Counted from the first letter of the stretch, positions 1 through 9,667 are shown. The stretch: DNA of 64,000 nt from a bacterium (GCA_003577245.1 QEVS01000003.1:52300-116299); one strand, 5' to 3'. A program made the numbers and translations. The notes: generated by a model not told the origin, from the sequence alone.

Positions 1-827
1 TGAAGCGCGCCCTTGACGAGCAGATCGCCAGGAACCCGCTGCCGCCGCCCGTGGCCGGCCTCAGCCCCGAGCGCCAGGCCCGCGAGCTTGTGAGCCGCGC
101 CTGGGATAGCCACGGCGACCCTTTCCCTTCGGCGCTCGACGCGCTCAGGCTCGACCCCAACTGTGCCGATGCCTACGTGCTGCTCGGCACGCTCGCCGAA
201 GATGAGCCGGGCCTCTCCTTCATCCTCTATTCGCTGGGGATGATCGCCGGCTCCGAGTCGCTCGGCGAAGCGTTCATCGACGAGCACGCCGGCGAGCTCT
301 ACGCCTTCGTCCATGCCCGCCCATTCCTGGAGGCTATCGAAGGCGCCGGGCATAGCGCACTTGCTGCAGGCGCCGTGGAGCAGGCCGTCACCTTCTTCGA
401 CAGCGTCCTCCAGCTCGACTCCGGGGACCACCTGGGCGTGCGCTACACCATCCTTGCCATTGCCATGGCGCACGACGACCAGGAGCTGGCGGCGACACTC
501 TTCACCAGATTCCCCGATGAGGAAACCGTGTGGACCTACTGGGAGGCTCTCCACGCCTTCCGCGTCCATGGCGATAGGCCGCGGGCCCGGAAGCTGCTGG
601 GGAAGGCCCTGGAACTCAATCGCCATCTGCCCGCCTTCCTGCAGGGACGCCAGCCTCCGGCCGGCCGGGAGGGGGACCATGAGCCCGGCTCACCCGATGA
701 AGCCGCCGCTGCTGCCTGGGACATCGCTCCCGTCTGGCAGGCGACCCCTGGCGCGGCCGCGTGGCTTGCCGCCGGGGAAGAGGCAGCCCGAACAGGCCGG
801 CGCCAGTGGTTCATCGGCCTCGAGTGA
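1..827 (+). CDS. TPR-like (ST7-like) helical repeat protein; the frame is open to the window edge, so the 5' end may lie upstream
   Basis: ORF 51..827 (GTG at 51) has no in-frame stop between nt 3 and 51. Motif LRLDPNCADAYVLLG is typical of TPR/ST7-like repeats. Third codon positions are GC-rich. Confidence 0.5.
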   Translation, partial: KRALDEQIARNPLPPPVAGLSPERQARELVSRAWDSHGDPFPSALDALRLDPNCADAYVLLGTLAEDEPGLSFILYSLGMIAGSESLGEAFIDEHAGELYAFVHARPFLEAIEGAGHSALAAGAVEQAVTFFDSVLQLDSGDHLGVRYTILAIAMAHDDQELAATLFTRFPDEETVWTYWEALHAFRVHGDRPRARKLLGKALELNRHLPAFLQGRQPPAGREGDHEPGSPDEAAAAAWDIAPVWQATPGAAAWLAAGEEAARTGRRQWFIGLE

Positions 828-962
828 CGCTCTCCTTCACTCCCGGGTGACGCCACCGGGCTTCTCAAGGGCCTTCATGACCACCGGGGCTGGCACTGCG
901 ACCCGTGGTCACCCCAGGCGTGCTCAACCGCCTCGGTCCGTACGCCATGTGCCGCTCCTGCC

Positions 963-3071
963 CTACTTCTGCCGGCGTCGCCGGTCTCTTCCTCCCGCCT
1001 GGCTCCGTCCGTAGCGCAGTGGACCGCTCCTCCCGGCCACCGCCGCGAAGGCCGAGAGTTCCTCCGCATCGCTCCCCACAAGGGTGCGCCGCAACTCCAC
1101 AATCTGGTCGCGCAGGGCTGCCGCCTTTTCGAACTCCAGCGCCTTTGATGCTGCTTTCATCTGCGATTCGAGCTCCTTCACCAGCCGCAGCGCTTCGTCC
1201 TTTGGCAGGTCGCCGCGCGCGTCGTAGGCGGCTGGCTCCTCGGCCACCTGCCTCACGTGGTCGGTGATGTCGCGAATCGCCTTGATAATCCCGGCTGGCT
1301 CGATCCCGTGTTCGCGGTTGTGCTCCTCCTGGATCTTCCGCCTGCGATAGGTCTCATCGATGGCCGTCTGCATGCTCCCGGTCACCGTGTCGGCGTACAT
1401 GATCACGCGGCCTTCCGCGTGCCGCGCAGCCCGGCCGATCGTCTGGATGAGCGACCTGTTGGAGCGTAGGTACCCCTCCTTGTCCGCATCCAGGATGCAC
1501 ACGAGCGAGACCTCGGGCAGGTCGAGCCCCTCGCGCAGCAGGTTGATCCCCACCACCACGTCGTACACCCCCAGCCGCAGGTCGCGCAGGATCTCCACCC
1601 TGTCCAGCGTTTCGATCTCAGAGTGGAGATAGTGCGTCTTGATGCCCATCTCCTTCAGGTAGTCCGCCAGGTCCTCGGCCATCTTCTTCGTCAGGGTAGT
1701 TACCAGCACCCGTTGACCGCGGTCCACCACGCGCCGGATCTCCTCCATCAGGTCGTCGACCTGGTTCTTCGTTGGGCGCACCTCGATCTCCGGGTCGAGG
1801 AGCCCGGTCGGCCTGATTACCTGCTGCACAACCCGGGTCGAACGCTGGATCTCGTAGTCCGCCGGCGTAGCGCTTACAAATACCGCCTGGTTGATGTGCT
1901 GGTCGAACTCTTCGAACGTAAGGGGACGGTTGTCCAGCGCGCTCGGCAGCCGGAACCCGAACTCCACCAGCGTCTCCTTGCGCGCACGGTCCCCGAAGTA
2001 CTGCCCCTGCACCTGCGGCAGGGTGATGTGCGACTCGTCCACGATCAGCAGCCAATCGTCGGGGAAGTAGTCGAGCAGGCACCACGGCGTCGACCCCGGT
2101 TCGCGCCCCTGCAGGTGCCTGGAGTAGTTCTCGATGCCCGCGCAATACCCGGTCTCGCGCATCGATTCGATGTCGTAGTGAGTGCGCTCCTCCAGGCGCG
2201 CCGCTTCCAGAATGCGCCCCTTGCCGCGCAACACTTCGAGCTGCGCCGCCAGCTCCGCCTCGATGCCGCCAATCGCCTCGAGCAGCCTGTCCTTCGTCGT
2301 GACGAAGTGCTTCGCCGGGAAGATGTCGATTGCTTCGCGTTCGGCCACGATCTCTCCCGTGAGCGGGTCCAGCTCGACGATGCGCTCCACCTCGTCGCCG
2401 AAGAAGTCAATACGAACGGCCAGCTCTTCGTAGCTGGGCAGGATTGTCAGGGAATCCCCCCGCAACCGGAATTTCCCGCGGATGACGTTCATGTCATTCC
2501 GCTCGTACTGCATGCTCACCATGCGGCGGATCGCCTCGCCGCGGTCAAAGCGTTGCCCCCGCCGGAAGTGCAGCACAAACTGCTGGTACTCCGCCGGCTC
2601 CCCGAGGCCGTAGATGCAGCTCACGCTCGCGACGATGACCACGTCGCGCCGCGTGAACAGCGACCGCGTGGCCGCGTGGCGCAGCTTGTCGATCTCCTCG
2701 TTGATGTCAGCGTCCTTGGCGATGTACGTGTCGCTGCGCGGTATGTACGCCTCGGGCTGGTAGTAGTCGTAGTAGCTCACGAAGTACTCAACGGCGTTCT
2801 CGGGAAAGAACTCCTTGAGCTCCGAACAAAGCTGCGCCGCCAGCGTCTTGTTGTGGGCCAGCACCAGCGTGGGCCGCGCGGTCTGCGCGATGACGTTCGC
2901 CATCGTGAACGTCTTCCCCGAACCCGTGACGCCCAGCAGCGTCTGGTAGCGGTCCCCGCGAACGACACCTTCCACCAGCTGCTCAATGGCCTGCGGCTGG
3001 TCCCCCGTCGGCTGGAAGCCGGCCCGCAGATGGAACTCGGAGGGCGCCCCCGGGGGTGCAAACGAAGTCAT
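963..3071 (-). CDS. uvrB: excinuclease ABC subunit B
   Basis: Walker [11 protein letters not shown], helicase motifs and a C-terminal UVR motif ([19 protein letters not shown]). Start moved to ATG 3071 (MTSFAPP...) inside ORF 963..3119. Confidence 0.95.
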   Translation of the reverse strand: MTSFAPPGAPSEFHLRAGFQPTGDQPQAIEQLVEGVVRGDRYQTLLGVTGSGKTFTMANVIAQTARPTLVLAHNKTLAAQLCSELKEFFPENAVEYFVSYYDYYQPEAYIPRSDTYIAKDADINEEIDKLRHAATRSLFTRRDVVIVASVSCIYGLGEPAEYQQFVLHFRRGQRFDRGEAIRRMVSMQYERNDMNVIRGKFRLRGDSLTILPSYEELAVRIDFFGDEVERIVELDPLTGEIVAEREAIDIFPAKHFVTTKDRLLEAIGGIEAELAAQLEVLRGKGRILEAARLEERTHYDIESMRETGYCAGIENYSRHLQGREPGSTPWCLLDYFPDDWLLIVDESHITLPQVQGQYFGDRARKETLVEFGFRLPSALDNRPLTFEEFDQHINQAVFVSATPADYEIQRSTRVVQQVIRPTGLLDPEIEVRPTKNQVDDLMEEIRRVVDRGQRVLVTTLTKKMAEDLADYLKEMGIKTHYLHSEIETLDRVEILRDLRLGVYDVVVGINLLREGLDLPEVSLVCILDADKEGYLRSNRSLIQTIGRAARHAEGRVIMYADTVTGSMQTAIDETYRRRKIQEEHNREHGIEPAGIIKAIRDITDHVRQVAEEPAAYDARGDLPKDEALRLVKELESQMKAASKALEFEKAAALRDQIVELRRTLVGSDAEELSAFAAVAGRSGPLRYGRSQAGGRDRRRRQK

Positions 3072-3100
3072 GCTGCCAGTGTAGCAACTGCCACGGCGCA

Positions 3101-3112
3101 GAACAGTTGTGC
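3101..3112. promoter_or_regulatory. weak LexA (Cheo-type) box-like site upstream of uvrB
   Basis: GAACAGTTGTGC lies about 30 nt upstream of the uvrB ATG. It has the same GAAC-N4-GTGC form as the site at 35691. One arm is imperfect. Confidence 0.2.
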
Positions 3113-3152
3113 TGCTCACGCCCCGGCAGGTTCCTCCGCGCCAGGCAGGCCG

Positions 3153-3407
3153 TTAGCGCTGTTGGTCCTTCTTCTCCGGGGCAGCCCGCATCTCGCCTCC
3201 CCCGCCGCCGCCCTGCGAGAGCTCCCCCTCCACGCTCCCCATCTTGATGAACCCGCCGCGGGCGGCTTCACCTGGTCCTCCCCCCGCGCCCATGAACTCC
3301 CCGCCGCTCGCCCCTCTAAGGCTTTCCCCCTCGACGCTCCCCATCTTGATGTAGCCGCCCGACCGCGCGGCCGCGTCCTCGGGATTCCCCTGCTCTTTCT
3401 CGCCCAT
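3153..3407 (-). CDS. glycine-rich 84-aa protein with two internal repeats (R-x-GG-[YF]-IKMGSVEGE)
   Basis: ATG 3407 is preceded by GGAGG with a 9-nt spacer. GC3 is high. The 34-aa (102-nt) internal repeat is visible in both DNA and protein. It lies inside ORF 3153..3449. Confidence 0.55.
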   Translation of the reverse strand: MGEKEQGNPEDAAARSGGYIKMGSVEGESLRGASGGEFMGAGGGPGEAARGGFIKMGSVEGELSQGGGGGGEMRAAPEKKDQQR

Positions 3408-3455
3408 GGCAACGTCCCTCCATGTTCCTTGCGCCACACGAGCATACAACCCGCG

Positions 3456-4088
3456 TCAAGGCTCGCCGGCCGGCCCGGGCGGTTCGTCGTACTGCAGCCG
3501 GAACGTCTCCTCAACCAGGGTCAGCCATCCCACTCGTCGCAGCGCCGGGCCAGCTGAACCGGGGCACCCGGCATGCCGGAGCAGGAGAGGAACAGGCCCC
3601 AATTCGGCTCGAACTGCATTCCCTCCGGTTAGCCGATCAACGGCGGAGCGCATCATCCGCCACTCCGGCCGCATCGGCAGATAGGTCGCCGGGTCGAAGA
3701 AGAACACGTAGAAGGGGTACACCCGGCAGGCGTCCGGCCGGCCTTCGTACTGGCAGCAGAGCAGGTCCGCCCCCAGGAACCGGCAGACCCCTTCGCGCCG
3801 CGCCAGGAAGTACGGCCGGGTGGGGGGAAAAGCCCGGTGCGTGAGCGGTTCCCCATCCTCGCACTCGACCAGCTCCAGCGGAGGCAGGCCGCTCGCCCGC
3901 GACAGGCGGACCACCTCCCGGCCTCCAAGTGGCACAATCGTGAACACCCTGCAGCAGTGCGCCGGGCACCCGGCTGCCTGGCATACGAACGAGGCCGTAC
4001 CCGGCAGCACCAGGTCGAACTCCGGGCATCGCGAGGCAACCCGCCCCCAGAGCTCCCGAAGCCATTCATCTAGCTCCTCGCCCGCCAT
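3456..4088 (-). CDS. YkgJ/UPF0153-type cysteine-cluster (putative Fe-S/Zn) protein
   Basis: N-terminal cluster [11 protein letters not shown] and C-terminal [25 protein letters not shown] match the CxxCxxCC-family layout. Confidence 0.7.
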   Translation of the reverse strand: MAGEELDEWLRELWGRVASRCPEFDLVLPGTASFVCQAAGCPAHCCRVFTIVPLGGREVVRLSRASGLPPLELVECEDGEPLTHRAFPPTRPYFLARREGVCRFLGADLLCCQYEGRPDACRVYPFYVFFFDPATYLPMRPEWRMMRSAVDRLTGGNAVRAELGPVPLLLRHAGCPGSAGPALRRVGWLTLVEETFRLQYDEPPGPAGEP

Positions 4089-4218
4089 CCCGAAACCCTA
4101 CATCACACGTCAACCCTCGCCAGGCCGTTATCGCAGTTCGCGAGGACTTGTGGTGGGGGTAGCCATCCTCGCCCGGCGCCCCCGTATACTCTTGGCTCAT
4201 CAAGTCCGAGGTCGCGTC

Positions 4219-4386
4219 ATGGGTGAAAAGGAAACGGCAGCCCGGCCCCCCGAGAGCTCCGGGCTGGCGGGCCCCGGCCAGCCGGCGCCCGCCGCGAAGT
4301 CAACTCCATGGAAGGAACACGATGTCCAGAAGTCCATGGGTCCCGCCTCCCCCGCGAGCGCCCCTCCACAGGCCCCTTCCACCTGA
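4219..4386 (+). CDS. possible 55-aa Pro/Ala-rich small protein (very uncertain)
   Basis: ATG 4219 has GAGG 8 nt upstream and a TATACT hexamer at 4184..4189. The sequence is low complexity and there is no recognisable family. Confidence 0.15.
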   Translation: MGEKETAARPPESSGLAGPGQPAPAAKSTPWKEHDVQKSMGPASPASAPPQAPST

Positions 4387-4402
4387 ACAGCTGGGGACCG
4401 CG

Positions 4403-5239
4403 CTACCCTAGTTCCACGTTGTCGAGCAGCCGCGTGTGCCCGAACCGGACCACCAGCGAAAGCAGGGCTGGCCCCGTGATCTCCCCGTCAATCTCGTCAA
4501 GCTCCTGGTCGTCTGCCAGGCTCACGTATTCGATCTCCGCGCCGGGTACCGGGTAGATGAGGTCGTTCACAAGCGCGCGTAAGGCATCCGCGTCTCGCTC
4601 TCCCGCCTGGTAACGTTCGCGGGCTGAGCAGAGCGCCCGGTAGATGACCGGCGCGGCCGCTCTCTGCTCCGGCGAAAGGTAGACGTTGCGGCTGCTCATC
4701 GCCAGCCCGTCGGCTTCGCGCACAATCTCGCAGGGGACGATCTCCACCCCCATGTCGAGGTCCCTCACCATGCGCTGCACGACGCGGAGCTGCTGGGCGT
4801 CCTTCCGCCCGAAGTAGGCGCGGTCCGGCTCCACCGCGTTCAGCAGCTTGGCCACCACCGTCGTGACCCCCCGGAAGTGCCCCGGCCGGGCCGCCCCCTC
4901 GAGAGGCCGTGTCACGCGCTGCACATCCACCGCTGTCTGGTAGCCGTGCGGGTACATCTCGGCCGCGGACGGCAGGTAGACCGCATCGACGCCGCACTCG
5001 CGCAGCAGCTCCAGGTCGCGTACCTCATCGCGTGGGTACCGTTCGAAGTCCTCGCCCGGGCCGAACTGGGCCGGGTTCACGAAGATGCTGACCACAGTGC
5101 GGAAATTCTCCGCGCAGGAGCGGCGCACGAGCGCGAGGTGCCCTTCGTGGAGGTATCCCATGGTGGGCACGAATCCCGCCGAGCCGCCTTCGCCACGGCG
5201 CCATGCCCGCATCGCCCGGGGGGTAATCAGGACCTCCAC
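4403..5239 (-). CDS. panC: pantoate--beta-alanine ligase
   Basis: PTMGYLHEGHLALV HIGH-type motif. The N-terminus VEVLITPRAMRAW aligns with the canonical PanC start, so GTG 5239 is chosen inside ORF 4403..5365. Confidence 0.9.
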   Translation of the reverse strand: MEVLITPRAMRAWRRGEGGSAGFVPTMGYLHEGHLALVRRSCAENFRTVVSIFVNPAQFGPGEDFERYPRDEVRDLELLRECGVDAVYLPSAAEMYPHGYQTAVDVQRVTRPLEGAARPGHFRGVTTVVAKLLNAVEPDRAYFGRKDAQQLRVVQRMVRDLDMGVEIVPCEIVREADGLAMSSRNVYLSPEQRAAAPVIYRALCSARERYQAGERDADALRALVNDLIYPVPGAEIEYVSLADDQELDEIDGEITGPALLSLVVRFGHTRLLDNVELG

Positions 5240-5318
5240 GGCGCCATCATCGATAGTCCTTCGCGTTTTGTCGATCCTGCCCTGGGGCGCACCCGGACCG
5301 CGGCGGCCTGTCCGCCTG

Positions 5319-6161
5319 CTACCGGGTTTGCGCCAGCTCCGCCAGCGTTGCCTCTTCCATCTCAAAGCTGTTCGCAGCGGTGGGGAAGGCGCCTGACTCG
5401 ACTTCGCCGATGTACTCGCGAACCGCGCCCCGGATCGTCTCGCCGAGGTTGGCGTAGCGCTTCGCGTGCTTCAGCGGCCGGCAGTCGTCGTATATCCCGA
5501 GCAGGTCGTGGAACACCTGCACCTGGCCGTCGCAGCCGGTACCCGCGCCGATGCCGATGGTGGGGATGCTTATGCGCTCGGTCACCATCTTCGCCAGCGG
5601 CGCCGGAATGGTTTCGAGCACGATGGCAAAGGCGCCGGCTTCCTCTAGCGCGCGCGCATCGTTTAGCAGCCGGGCGGCGGCCGCCGGCGTCCTTCCCTGC
5701 ACCCTGTGCCCACCGAACTGGTTCACCGACTGCGGCGTGAGGCCGAGATGCCCCATGACCGGGATGCCGCATTCCACCATGCGCCGCACAAGGGAGACTA
5801 CGTGCGTTCCCCCTTCGAGCTTCACTGCCGTGGCGCCGCCCTCCTGGAGCAAACGGCCCGCGTTTCGCATCGCCTCATCGGGGGAGGCCTGGTAGCTCAT
5901 GAACGGCATATCGCCCACGACAATGGCCCGGCTGGTGGCGCGAGCCACTGCCCGCGTGTGATACACCACGTCATCCATCGTCACCGGGACGGTGGACTCA
6001 TACCCCAGCACCACGCTCCCCAGCGAGTCGCCCACCAGGATGATGGGAACGCCGGCCTGCTCCACGAGGCGTGCCGATGGGTAGTCGTAGGCAGTGAGCA
6101 TGGCGAACCGCCGGCCCTCCGCCTTCCATTCCTTGAGCTTGTGGATTGAGATGCGGGACAT
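5319..6161 (-). CDS. panB: 3-methyl-2-oxobutanoate hydroxymethyltransferase
   Basis: [28 protein letters not shown] is a typical PanB N-terminus. Start at ATG 6161 (MSRISIHKL). Confidence 0.95.
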   Translation of the reverse strand: MSRISIHKLKEWKAEGRRFAMLTAYDYPSARLVEQAGVPIILVGDSLGSVVLGYESTVPVTMDDVVYHTRAVARATSRAIVVGDMPFMSYQASPDEAMRNAGRLLQEGGATAVKLEGGTHVVSLVRRMVECGIPVMGHLGLTPQSVNQFGGHRVQGRTPAAAARLLNDARALEEAGAFAIVLETIPAPLAKMVTERISIPTIGIGAGTGCDGQVQVFHDLLGIYDDCRPLKHAKRYANLGETIRGAVREYIGEVESGAFPTAANSFEMEEATLAELAQTR

Positions 6162-6177
6162 CGTGACCCTCCTCGCC

Positions 6178-6570
6178 TCAGGCGATGCCGGCTGCCTCAC
6201 GGGCGCGAGCAGCGAATCCGTCGCCCCGTGATGTCCGGACGATCCGGTTGTGGGCGTCGACGTAGACGTGGCGTGGCGCGGCCCCTCGCGAGGCCTCCTC
6301 CGTCATCTGCTGGTAGGTGAGAATGATGACCAGGTCGCCCCGGTTCACCAGGTGGGCGGCGGCGCCGTTGATGCACGCCTCGCCCGTGCCCCGCCGGCCC
6401 TGGATGGCGTAGGTTTCGAGCCTGGCCCCGTTCGTGATATCGAGCACGTGCACCTGCTCATAGGGCAGGATTCCGGCGGCTTCCATCAGCTCCGGGTCGA
6501 GCGTGATGGAGCCTTCGTAGTTGACGTTGGCCTCGGTGACGGTGGCGCGGTGGATCTTGCCTGCGAGCAT
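6178..6570 (-). CDS. panD: aspartate 1-decarboxylase
   Basis: [25 protein letters not shown] contains the pyruvoyl-forming G-S site. Start at ATG 6570 inside ORF 6178..6696. Confidence 0.9.
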   Translation of the reverse strand: MLAGKIHRATVTEANVNYEGSITLDPELMEAAGILPYEQVHVLDITNGARLETYAIQGRRGTGEACINGAAAHLVNRGDLVIILTYQQMTEEASRGAAPRHVYVDAHNRIVRTSRGDGFAARAREAAGIA

Positions 6571-6598
6571 CGTGCGCAAGTCGGTTCCTCGGACCCCT

Positions 6599-6632
6599 CG
6601 AAACCAAAGCGCCCCGCCGGTGAGGGCGGGGC
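6599..6632 (-). terminator. intrinsic-terminator-like hairpin inside the panD leader
   Basis: Minus strand reads GCCCCGCC-CTCACC-GGCGGGGC followed by GCTTTGGTTT. It ends about 30 nt before the panD ATG and lies about 225 nt after the upstream gene's stop. Confidence 0.5.
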
Positions 6633-6856
6633 ACGGAATCACTTCTGCGGGGGCCGCGAAGGGCGGCTCTGGCGGTGTTCCATCCGTACCGGCCACTCAG
6701 GGTCCAGGCGGACTTTGACTTCGACAGGCTCTGTTTCGGCTCGCCTTCCCACGAGGGTGCGGCGGCAAGCCTATCGTTCCTGATGGCGAGGAGCCCTGTC
6801 AATACCCATTTTCTGCGCTATCAATGCCAGTTCGAGCCGCTCCGCTCCCAACGGCC

Positions 6857-7876
6857 TCACTGCCTCCCGCCGAGCCACTCCGCCGCCGAGGGGACGCCGT
6901 GAAGCCCCTTCGCCAGCCGCACGCTCTTCACCAGCGCGCGTTCAACCGCCCGGACGGCCATCACTCCCACGGTGAAGGCATCGTGCGGCTGGATGGCCAC
7001 CGCGCCCGTGGCGATGGCGAACGCCACGTCGCCGTCTCCAAAGGTGTGTGCGGGCATCACCACCCTCGCCAGCCCGTCATGTGCCTGGATCGCCACCCGC
7101 TGCAGCTGGTGGTGGTCGAGCCCAGCGTTCGTCGCAACACAGACCAGGGTCGTGTTTTCGAGGAGAGCGTCCATTTGCGCGGTCCGCCGCTCTATTGACT
7201 CCGGCAGGCCCACGAAATGGCCCTGCTCATCCCGCGGTCCGGCGATGAGCGCGCCGGTTTCGGGGTCGAACACGTGCCCGCTGGCGTTGTTGGCCACGAT
7301 GGCCCCCACCACGAGTCCCCTGGGGCCCACCACACTCGCGGTGCCGATCCCGCCCTTCAGGGCTCGTTCGGCCCCCAGCACCTTCGCCACTGTGGCCCCG
7401 GTCGCTGCTCCCACGCTGCCCTGGGCCACCCCCCCACCGGTCGCCCGCCCGGCAGCCAGCCTGCCCGCTTCCGCGCCGGGGAACGCGTCCGCGCGCCCCA
7501 CGCCCAGGTCGTAAAGCACGGCACCTGAAACGATAGGGATCTTCCGCGCCGCGGTCCCGAACCCCACATTACGTTCCGCCAGCCACTCCATGACCCCGGT
7601 TGCTGCCGCCAGGCCGAAAGCGCTTCCTCCTGAAAACAGGACCGCGTGGCACAGCCGCACGAGGTTCGCACCCGCCAGTACGTCAGTCTCTCGCGTTCCG
7701 GGAGCGCCCCCGCGCGCGTCGACCGCGGCCCCGGTGCTCTCCTCGCAGAGGATAACGGTGCAACCTGTCCCCGCTCTCCTGTCCGTCCAGTGGCCGACGC
7801 GAATCCCTCGCACGTCGGTGATGGCATCGCGGGGCCCACAGAGCCACTGGCCCGGTTCACTCACTGCTTTCTCCAT
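6857..7876 (-). CDS. DmpA/P1 (peptidase S58) family aminopeptidase
   Basis: GTGCTVIL...ARGGAPGTRETDVL and GGSAFGL motifs are typical of the DmpA/BapA family. Start at ATG 7876 (MEKAVSE). Confidence 0.8.
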   Translation of the reverse strand: MEKAVSEPGQWLCGPRDAITDVRGIRVGHWTDRRAGTGCTVILCEESTGAAVDARGGAPGTRETDVLAGANLVRLCHAVLFSGGSAFGLAAATGVMEWLAERNVGFGTAARKIPIVSGAVLYDLGVGRADAFPGAEAGRLAAGRATGGGVAQGSVGAATGATVAKVLGAERALKGGIGTASVVGPRGLVVGAIVANNASGHVFDPETGALIAGPRDEQGHFVGLPESIERRTAQMDALLENTTLVCVATNAGLDHHQLQRVAIQAHDGLARVVMPAHTFGDGDVAFAIATGAVAIQPHDAFTVGVMAVRAVERALVKSVRLAKGLHGVPSAAEWLGGRQ

Positions 7877-7901
7877 CTCATCCCGGTGGTCACGGGCGAT
7901 C

Positions 7902-8825
7902 TTACGACAGCCAGAGCGCCCCACGGATGGCCGCTGCCAGCGGGTGTGACCCCGCACCCCGGCGGATCCCGCCCTCAATCCGGTTGGCCGCGGTGTTGAG
8001 ACGGTATGTCGCGTTCTCGTCACCAAGGGCCATGACCTGGCGCCGGGGCAGAACCAGCAGCTCATGCAGGCCCCACCAGAGCGCAGCCAGGTCGGCAAGG
8101 TCCGCCGTCTCGTTTGCGGGAAGGCCCCGCGCGGCCGCGTAGCGCATGGACAGCTCGCGGCGCGCGCCGGCCTCGACGCCGGAAGTCAGCAGGAAGGCCG
8201 CCACGTCGAACAGCTGAAGCCCCAGCCCGGCTGCGTGAAACGAGATGAGCGCCGCGCCTCCAGGCCGAAGCAACACGTGATCTGCGGTGGCCGCTCCATG
8301 CACAAACCCGGCCGGTGAGGCCAGGAGCGCCTCCCGGGTTCCAGCCAGGGGCTCCCTCGCCGGTTCCCGCTCATGCGCTGCGAACCCCAGCCGATGCAGT
8401 GGGAACTCCGCCCCGGGCAACAGGCCGGCCGCATCCAACTCCCACCGCAAGCCCTCCCGGATGTTGAGCGCGTGCAGCGCAGCAAGCACGTCCATCGCCG
8501 CTTCCAGCGACCCCTCAGGCGGGGCCAGGGCCAGGGCGCTCACACCCGCCACCCACTCCTCGACAGCGTGGCCACCGGCAATGCCCAGCAACCGGGGTGA
8601 GTGCGCGAACCCGGTGCGGCCCAGGGCTTCGAGCACGGCCACATGGTTCTCGGCCTCTTCGCCGGCCACCCTGCGCACCACTGCGCGCCTGCTTTCCGCT
8701 TCGCCCGGCGCACCAACAATGGCGAGTTCGACTCCGTCCGCGGGGCCGGTAAGCGGCTCGCGCTCCACCACCGCATCGGCCGGCAGCCCAAGCATGCGGG
8801 CCAGCGTCCCGTCATCGATGGTCAC
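7902..8825 (-). CDS. aminoglycoside-phosphotransferase (APH/CotS) fold protein with a degenerate catalytic loop
   Basis: Kinase-like layout. FVHGAATADHVLL stands where HGDxxxxN is expected, and LISFHAAGLG...FDVA where IDFxxxxxG...DLA is expected. ATGA overlap with the mutM stop. Confidence 0.65.
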   Translation of the reverse strand: MTIDDGTLARMLGLPADAVVEREPLTGPADGVELAIVGAPGEAESRRAVVRRVAGEEAENHVAVLEALGRTGFAHSPRLLGIAGGHAVEEWVAGVSALALAPPEGSLEAAMDVLAALHALNIREGLRWELDAAGLLPGAEFPLHRLGFAAHEREPAREPLAGTREALLASPAGFVHGAATADHVLLRPGGAALISFHAAGLGLQLFDVAAFLLTSGVEAGARRELSMRYAAARGLPANETADLADLAALWWGLHELLVLPRRQVMALGDENATYRLNTAANRIEGGIRRGAGSHPLAAAIRGALWLS

Positions 8826-9667
8826 GAGCGGCTTCTCCGGCTACCGCGTTTCGGCTGGCACGTGGGGCAGAAGTGCGTCCCCCTGCCGGCCACCACGATG
8901 CGCTCGATCGTTGTCCCGCACGTGTAGCAGGGCTTCCCATGGCGGCGAAACACCTTCACGTACATGTGCTGCCTCCCCTGCTCGCCCTGGCCATCCACGT
9001 AGTCCCGGAAGCTTGCCCCGCGATTCGCTATCCCCTCTTCCAGTACCGCCCGGCAGGCTTCGAACAACCGCTTCGTGGCGGCCGGCCCGAGCAGGCCTGC
9101 GGTCTGATCCGGGCGCACCCGGGCCTGGTGGAGCGCCTCGTCGACGTAGATGTTCCCCAGCCCTGAGATGCGCCTCTGGTCGAGCAGCACCGCCTTCACG
9201 GGCGCCTTCCGCCCGGCCAGTGCCGCGCGGAACTGCCCGAGCGTGAAGGACGGGTCGATCGGCTCGGGGCCGAGACCCGCGGTTATCTCGCGCGTGTCGT
9301 TGACCACTCTCCAGGTGCCGAACTTGCGGAGGTCCGACCACCTCAGGTCGTGCCCATCGTCGAGCACGAGCCGGGCGCGTTCGTAAACTTCGGCAGGCCC
9401 ACCCGATTCGCGCCAGAGCAACCTGCCCGTCATTCGCAGATGGGCGACGAAGGCACGCCCGTCGTCGAGCCCGAACACCAGGTGCTTGCCGTAACGCCCA
9501 AGTGACGTCACCACCCGGCCCAACAGCCTCTCCCGCAGCGCATCGATCGGCACGCCCGCCAGGAGCGGGAGCGTGGCCGCATCCACTTCAACGCCCACGA
9601 TCCGGCGGCCTACGGCCAGCGGCTCAAGGTCGCGGCGAATCGTCTCCACTTCAGGCAGCTCGGGCAC
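8822..9667 (-). CDS. mutM: formamidopyrimidine-DNA glycosylase
   Basis: The N-terminus (V)PELPEVETIRRDL has the catalytic Pro2/Glu3. C-terminal zinc finger CYTCGTTIERIVVAGRGTHFCPTC. GTG 9667 chosen as start. Confidence 0.9.
   Translation of the reverse strand: MPELPEVETIRRDLEPLAVGRRIVGVEVDAATLPLLAGVPIDALRERLLGRVVTSLGRYGKHLVFGLDDGRAFVAHLRMTGRLLWRESGGPAEVYERARLVLDDGHDLRWSDLRKFGTWRVVNDTREITAGLGPEPIDPSFTLGQFRAALAGRKAPVKAVLLDQRRISGLGNIYVDEALHQARVRPDQTAGLLGPAATKRLFEACRAVLEEGIANRGASFRDYVDGQGEQGRQHMYVKVFRRHGKPCYTCGTTIERIVVAGRGTHFCPTCQPKRGSRRSRS

Noticed and set aside
3153-3407. Interpreting the Hcp-like motif as evidence for a type VI secretion system
   Set aside because: Only an 11-residue strand-like motif is shared. 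The protein is far too short for an Hcp fold and no Tss genes occur in the window.
1623-3557. 644-aa ORF on the + strand
   Set aside because: It is antisense to uvrB, which has unmistakable motifs. The translation is Arg/Leu/Pro-rich, typical of a shadow ORF in GC-rich DNA.
6571-6856. Known ncRNAs or riboswitches (SRP, 6S, tmRNA, RNase P, TPP, FMN, cobalamin, glycine) in the panD leader, and likewise in the 4089..4402 and 38013..38492 spacers
   Set aside because: The hallmark consensus blocks of these families could not be found by eye. Only the ydaO-like resemblance at 38126..38262 seemed worth reporting.
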